64,000 nucleotides of DNA, from the NCBI GenBank assembly GCA_963785725.1, contig CAWAWS010000003.1:416001-480000 (forward strand). Direction: 5' to 3'. The DNA is from an uncultured delta proteobacterium. Lineage in GTDB: Bacteria; Myxococcota_A; Polyangia; Palsa-1104. Position numbers and translations under genes: made by a program. Positions 60,401 to 64,000 of this stretch are shown one piece after another (position 1 is the stretch's first letter; the number at the start of each line of letters is the position of its first letter). Under the pieces are notes generated by a model. It was not told where the DNA came from and ran no database searches. It was given only the letters and a program-made list of their open reading frames with translations.

Positions 60401-61065
60401 GCTGCTCGACCTGCGTGGCGGGCACTGCGGCCGGTGACGGCGGCGCGGCCTGCAGCAGCTGCCCGGCCGGCAGCTTCTCCGCGGACGGCTCGACGCAGTG
60501 CACGTCGTGCCCGGCCGGCACCGCATCGGCCGCGGGCCAAGCGACCTGCTCGGCGTGCGCGCCCGGCGGCTACACCAGCGCGCCCGGCGCCACGACGTGC
60601 GACGTCTGCCCGGCCGGCAGCTTCTCGGGCTCGAGCGGCGCGACGTCGTGCATGCCGTGCGCGGCCGGCACCTTCGCGCAGCCGGGCTCCGGCAGCTGCA
60701 CCGCCTGCCCGAGCGGCACCTGGTCGCTCGGCGGCGCCGACAGCTGCGTGGCTTGCAACTGCGACGACGGCAACAGCTGCACCAACGACAGCTGCAATCC
60801 GACGTCGGGCTGCCAGCACGTCAACAGCTGCGGCGCCGATCTCGGCGGCGGCCCCGTCGATGCCGGCACCGGCGCGGTCGACGCCGGCGCCGACGCCGGC
60901 GGCAACCCGCCGCCGCCCGACCTCGGCCACCGCCCCGCGCCCCTGGCGAGCGGCTGCTCGATGAGCCAAAGCAGCCGCGGCGACGGCGCCGGCTACCTGC
61001 TCTTGGCGCTCGGCTTGGCTCTCTTCATGGGCTGGAAGCGCCGCCGACAGACCGACAAAGGCTGA
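54448..61065 (+). CDS. Giant Cys/Ser/Thr-rich repeat surface protein (furin-like/TNFR/ephrin-receptor-like CxxC repeats) with MYXO-CTERM-type anchor
   Basis: Lipobox LAAC, CxxC repeats, CPAGTF-type modules, CDDGNSCTNDSC, and C-terminal SGCSM-TM-KRRR. Start is at 54403-54460. Confidence 0.92.
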   Translation: MGWSVRRIVLTLLAGWALAACNVPVPPDVTTTYGATVGSSCTTASDCTGGNQVCTAGACVCADGFFGNSGNSSCTPCDGSCVTCSGPTADDCTSCNPNSVLAVDVGAACGTDADCRYLFVNNAASGVCSGGACALSACAAGYFKNGNSCTACTAVAGCTSGVTCTGASDSQCGSCSAGSFLVGGTPSSCTTCSTCAAGQYASGGCSGTSDTTCSSCTAVDNCASGLTCTTASDQTCGSCASGYYGDGTASCTACTAVAGCVSAVTCTSAADSQCTACTGGSFLVDGTTDSCVACSGCASGQYVAGGCSGTSDTACASCTSIANCASGDTCTTGSDQTCATCAGGYYGSGTASCTTCAPVVGCAAGLSCTGTSDSQCASCAAGRYMVNGVFDTCPTCSTCAAGQYATGGCSGTTDTTCSSCAAVANCASGQASCTSASDAVCTQCNSGFYLSNGACVACTAVAGCTSALTCTSAGDSQCATCGSSKYLVNGTVDSCATCSTCTAGQYASGGCSGTTDTTCSTCATVANCASGITCSTASDQACGTCAGGYYGNGTASCTTCAAIANCASGVSCDSTSDSQCASCASGHRLVNGTVDSCPACSTCSAGQFASGGCSGTTDTTCSSCTPIANCASGETCSTTSDQTCATCAGGYYGNGTASCTTCAPVVGCAAGLSCTGTSDSQCGSCAAGRHLVNGPFDTCPTCSTCAAGQYASGGCTGTADTTCSTCAAVANCASGQTTCTSASDAVCTQCNSGFYLSNGACVACTAVAGCTSALTCTSAGDSQCTTCGSSKYLVNGTVDSCATCASCAAGQYASGGCSGTTDTTCSTCTAVSNCAAGTTCSTASNSTCATCGAGFYGNGTASCSVCAPIASCATGLSCDSGSDSQCATCAAGHHLVNGAVDSCPACATCAAGQYATGGCTGTADTTCATCAAVANCASGQTTCTSASDAACTQCNSGFYLSNGACVACTAVAGCTSALTCTSAGDSQCTSCGSSKYLVNGVVDTCASCSSCASGQYAGGGCSGTTDTTCSSCPAVSGCPSNQVTCSNASDAVCNQCSVGNYLSNGTCVACPAVASCSSAVSCDSASDSQCASCASGHRLVNGTVDSCPACSTCSAGQFASGGCSGTTDTTCSSCTPIANCASGETCSTTSDQTCATCAGGYYGNGTASCTTCAPVVGCAAGLSCTGTSDSQCGSCAAGRHLVNGPFDTCPTCTSCPTGQYASGGCSGTADTTCSSCAAVANCASGQTTCTSASDAVCTQCNSGFYLSNGACVACTAVAGCTSALTCTSAGDSQCTTCGSSKYLVNGTVDSCATCSSCAAGQYSSGGCSGTADTTCSTCTAVSNCAAGTTCSTASNQTCGSCASGFYGNGTASCSACAPIAGCTSPSTCTGANDSQCTSCGSGKYLVNGVVDSCATCSTCSAGQYASGGCSGATDTSCSSCTPIANCTSGETCTTVSDQTCGTCASGYYGNGTASCTACAPVAGCTSALTCTGVNDSQCGSCGSGKYLVNGTVDSCANCSSCPSGQYAGGGCSGSSDTSCTACPAVAGCPSNQVTCTSAGDAVCNQCSAGTYLSNGSCVACTAVAGCSSAVSCTSANDSQCTACTSGDYLVNGSVDSCATCSSCAAGQYASAGCSGATDTSCSSCTPVANCMSGHATCTSANDATCDQCSAGFYLSNGTCVACAAVAGCTSTVTCTGTGDSQCTSCAQGRYLQGGAVDSCPLCTPVAHCASGVTCTDPSDSVCADCASGYFLSNGACVACATCATGQYQSAACTGTTDTQCASCVAVDGCAAAVSCTSANDSQCASCNSGRYLANGTQDSCPTCTPVSGCTSPVTCTTGSDQQCNACGAGSYLNNGACSTCSSGCPTGQYEAAACTANADRVCAACDASCASCSGTATQCTSCPAASYLSNGQCLSCSHCAAGTRLTTACSAGADTVCTDCVAGTFSSTPDAAACSQCTAGSYAGAAATSCTTCAPGSISSAGAASCSTCVAGTAAGDGGAACSSCPAGSFSADGSTQCTSCPAGTASAAGQATCSACAPGGYTSAPGATTCDVCPAGSFSGSSGATSCMPCAAGTFAQPGSGSCTACPSGTWSLGGADSCVACNCDDGNSCTNDSCNPTSGCQHVNSCGADLGGGPVDAGTGAVDAGADAGGNPPPPDLGHRPAPLASGCSMSQSSRGDGAGYLLLALGLALFMGWKRRRQTDKG
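54898..59487 (+). repeat. Intragenic tandem repeat, period 306 nt (102 aa), about 15 copies
   Basis: The Gln codon of GQ(Y/F) recurs exactly every 306 nt, from 55042 to 59326 (15 copies). Confidence 0.92.
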
Positions 61066-61184
61066 CCGACCTCGTCATCGCCGCGTCGCGCGCGCCGCGA
61101 CTTGACCGCCCAGCCGAGTGAGCCTAGTCTCGCCAAGCCGATGGCCCATGATCTCATCGCCGTCGCTGCTGGCCGGTGACCCAC

Positions 61185-62052
61185 ATGCCTCCGCGCGAGA
61201 CGAGCTGCAGGACGGCGATTTTGGTGCTCGGTTGCCGGCAGCCGATTCTATCAGCGCTGCATCCAGACCATCCGCGCCACCTGGGGCGCGACCGCGTCGA
61301 ATCAGACCGACATTTATTATGTGTATGGCGCCAAGAGCTCGGCCGGCGAAGCGCTGATCGACCTCTCGCAGCTCCTGGCGCTCCACGCGGCCGAGCCGCC
61401 ACGCCACGCGCTCACCGACGGCGACGTCTGGGTCTCGGGTGACGTCATCTTGTGCGGCGCGGCCGACGTGCTCCACGACCAACCTGACTGCATCCTGCGC
61501 AAGCGGCTGCTCGCGTTCGATTACTTGGCCAACGAGCGCGGCTACGACTTCGTCTACAACGTGTGCGCGTCGAGCTACGTCGATGTCGCCGCGCTCGAGC
61601 GATACGTCGCCGGCGTGCCGCGCTCCGGCGTCTACCACGGCGCGGCGGTCGTGCACGGCGCCAGCGGCTTTCCGTTCGTGTCCGGCGCCTCGTTCTTGCT
61701 CTCGCGCGACGTCGCCGCCGACCTGGCCAACAGCGCCGAGCGCATCCTCGCCACCTATCCCGAGACGATGCCCGACGATGTCGTGCTCGGACACTTCATC
61801 GCCGGCAAGTACGGCGGCGCTCCGGTCGCGGACATCGCGCGCCGCATCGCGACAGCCCAAAGAGCGACCGCCAACCAGACGTTCGTGGTGCCTCACGGCG
61901 GCGGCAGCATGGACTTCGTAACGAAGCCGGAGTTCCGACAGATTCCCGAGGAGCCCAACTTTCATTTTCATTTCCATTCGGGTCGCATGTGGGAGATGGA
62001 GAATTTCCACCGTCGCTTCTTCGCGGCCGATCCGAGCGACGGAACCGCATGA
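61185..62052 (+). CDS. GT-A fold glycosyltransferase (GT31/galactosyltransferase-like), one frameshift near 61245
   Basis: ILVLGC / IRATW, K.L.AFDYL....YDFVY...SSYVD, FVSGA..LLSRD, DDVVLG. ATG 61185 is one base out of frame with the body. Confidence 0.65.
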
Positions 62053-63033
62053 AACGCGCGCTGGTGCTCGGCGGCGGCGGCTTCATCGGCGACCACCTGG
62101 TGCGCCGGCTTGCGCGCGAGCAGCGCTGGGTGCGCGCCGTCGACTTGCAGCGCCCGCGCCACGGCGCGACCTGCGCACGACGACTTCGTCGTCGGCGACC
62201 TGCGCGATCCGACCGTGTGCCGCGCCGCGCTCGGCGGCGGCTTCGACGAGGTCTATCAGCTCGCCGCCGACATGGGCGGTGCCGGCTTCATCTCGAGCGG
62301 CGACAACGACGCGGACATCATGCACAACTCCGCGCTCGTCAACCTCAACGTGCTCGACGCGTGCACGCGCGCTGCGGTCGGGCGCCTCTTCTACTCGTCG
62401 ACCGCCTGCGTCTATCCCGAGCGCAACCAGCTCGATCCCGACCATCCGAACTGCAGCGAAGACAGCGTCTATCCGGCCGCGCCCGATAGCGAGTACGGCT
62501 GGGAGAAGCTCTTCAGCGAGCGGCTCTACCTCGCTTACGCGCGCAACCACGGCCTGACCGTCCGCATCGCGCGCTTCCACAACATCTTCGGGCCCGACGG
62601 ATCGTGGAACGACGGCCGCGAAAAGGCGCCGGCCGCGCTCTGCCGCAAGGTCGCGCTCGCTGCCGACGGCGAGGCCATCGAGATCTGGGGCGATGGCCGG
62701 CAAACACGCTCGTTCCTCTATGTCGACGAGTGCCTCGAAGGCGTCTTGCGCCTGATGCGCTCCGACTGCTCGGAGCCGCTCAACATCGGCTCCGAGCAGA
62801 TGCTGACGATCGAGGAGCTGGCCCGCCTCATCATGGACATCGCCGGCAAGCAGCTGACGATCCGCTATATCCCCGGGCCGCTGGGCGTACGCGGCCGCAC
62901 GTCCGACAACCGCCTCATTCGCGCGCGACTCGGCTGGGCGCCGAGCGGCAACCTGCGCGACGGCTTACGCGCGACCTACGAATGGATCGCGGCGCAGATC
63001 GACGCGGCCAAGCAGGCGCCGCTCACGCGCTGA
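62049..63033 (+). CDS. NAD-dependent epimerase (GDP-mannose 3,5-epimerase-like), one frameshift near 62175
   Basis: LGGGGFIG, QLAADMGGAGFI, SSTACVYP, YGWEKLFSE, RFHNIFGP, REKAPAALCRKV, GVRGR. ATGA overlap with the upstream gene. Confidence 0.9.
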
Positions 63034-63937
63034 GATCGAGACCGGCGAATTTGCCCCATTCCGCCACGGTGCGCGCCGTGCCGAGGCCGTAGCGACCGAG
63101 GCTGGCGACGTCGCCCTTGCCGAACACGATCGTCTGCAAGCGCTCGATCATGCGATCGGTGCGCTCCCTCTGCCAGCGGCCGGTCTTGGTCTCCCAGACC
63201 TTGTGCCGATAGCCGCCCGGATAGTTCGAGTAGTCGAGGTGCCACACTTGGATCTCGTCGGGCAAGAACATGTCCCAGCCGTGGGTGAACGTGCGAATCG
63301 AGAGCGGCCCTTCGTGACCCGCGTTGATCATCGCCGGATCCTCGGGCACCTCGTCGATCCAAGCGCCGTACGTAAAGACGAAGTTGCAACAGGTGAAGGG
63401 CGTCATTTGGTGCGGCTCGGATTTGCGCGCGCGCGACATCTGGATATCGAGCCAACCTTCGGGCCGCACGATCTCGCAGCTGATGAGCGGCACGCCATCT
63501 TCCGGCATCCCCGCCCACGGGAATACGACGTTGCGCGCCTCGTCGAAGGTGAACGGCGGTGAGCTGGTGGTGAGCAGCGGCTTCTTGCTCGGCTTACGCT
63601 CGAGCTGCGCGATCAGGTTTTCGTCCCAGCCCGGCGCGAACGCCGTGTGCGAGTCGATGAGCAGATGATAGCGCTCGCCGTTGTAGAGCTTCTGCACCTC
63701 GGCACGCGCCCATCCGTAGCCGAGGCTCGCTTGGAAGGGATATTTGCGAATGCGAAACTGCGGGTGATGGCGGTAGCGATCGAGCTGCTCGTGCTCATCC
63801 GCTTGCCAGCACAGGCCGAACGTCAAGCGATCGGGATGGGTGGCGCCGGCGAGCGCCGACTCGATGGTGAACGGCAGGTACAAGTCGCGATAGGCGGCAA
63901 TCGAGACGAAGATCTGCCGCTCTTTCGTCGCGTCCAT
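63023..63937 (-). CDS. GT60-like GlcNAc-transferase (Skp1/polypeptide alpha-GlcNAc-transferase family)
   Basis: IFVSIAAYRD, G.GWAR...Q.LY.GE.Y.L.IDSH..F...WD, EVP.DP, HE..LSIR.FTHGWD, YGLG..RT. Confidence 0.85.
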   Translation of the reverse strand: MDATKERQIFVSIAAYRDLYLPFTIESALAGATHPDRLTFGLCWQADEHEQLDRYRHHPQFRIRKYPFQASLGYGWARAEVQKLYNGERYHLLIDSHTAFAPGWDENLIAQLERKPSKKPLLTTSSPPFTFDEARNVVFPWAGMPEDGVPLISCEIVRPEGWLDIQMSRARKSEPHQMTPFTCCNFVFTYGAWIDEVPEDPAMINAGHEGPLSIRTFTHGWDMFLPDEIQVWHLDYSNYPGGYRHKVWETKTGRWQRERTDRMIERLQTIVFGKGDVASLGRYGLGTARTVAEWGKFAGLDLSA

Positions 63938-64000
63938 CACAGCGACCTCGCGAATCGGAGCGCGCCGATGCGCTCCAGGCCTCGAATGACCCGCTCGACG
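63937..64000 (-). CDS. 3' end of an upstream gene (VERVIRGLERIGALRFARSL*), possibly PqqD/RRE-like
   Basis: TGA overlaps the GT60 start. The helix pattern V...L..L...GAL is only weak evidence for the family. Confidence 0.4.
   Translation of the reverse strand, partial: VERVIRGLERIGALRFARSL

Noticed and set aside
54082..60969. 2,295-aa minus-strand ORF and 1,673-aa alternate-frame ORF over the giant gene
   Set aside because: Shadow frames of a GC-rich repetitive CDS. They are Ala/Gly/Arg-rich, have no motifs, and codon bias favours the plus-strand Cys-rich frame.

Overview
GC-rich bacterial DNA that looks like Myxococcota (probably Polyangia-like). The basis is a MYXO-CTERM-type surface protein, an Oar-type TonB-dependent receptor, TolB/PD40 and Kelch/Ig lipoproteins, and DUF6178- and GIDE-like proteins. 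It is an accessory region of about 50 genes: many secreted or lipoproteins, small regulator-enzyme modules (MerR, TetR, MarR), a P450, a hybrid histidine kinase and a glycosylation cluster at the right end. No rRNA, tRNA, CRISPR array or intact mobile element was seen. There are IS3- and IS66-like scars, a 116-bp direct repeat bracketing a frameshifted 3-kb cassette, a perfect 38-bp palindrome and a junction between two 5'-truncated genes. The most interesting items are: (i) a small Cys-rich 'CCNANPDPCC' peptide coupled to a ferritin-like diiron enzyme (candidate RiPP-like system); (ii) a 2,200-aa eukaryote-like Cys-rich surface protein with fifteen 306-nt repeats next to GT31-like, GT60-like and GDP-mannose-epimerase genes; (iii) a PETase/cutinase-like lipoprotein; (iv) a three-hairpin candidate sRNA downstream of the oar-like gene. 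All family assignments come from motifs recognised by eye, not database searches. Several genes carry single-base frameshifts that may be assembly errors.
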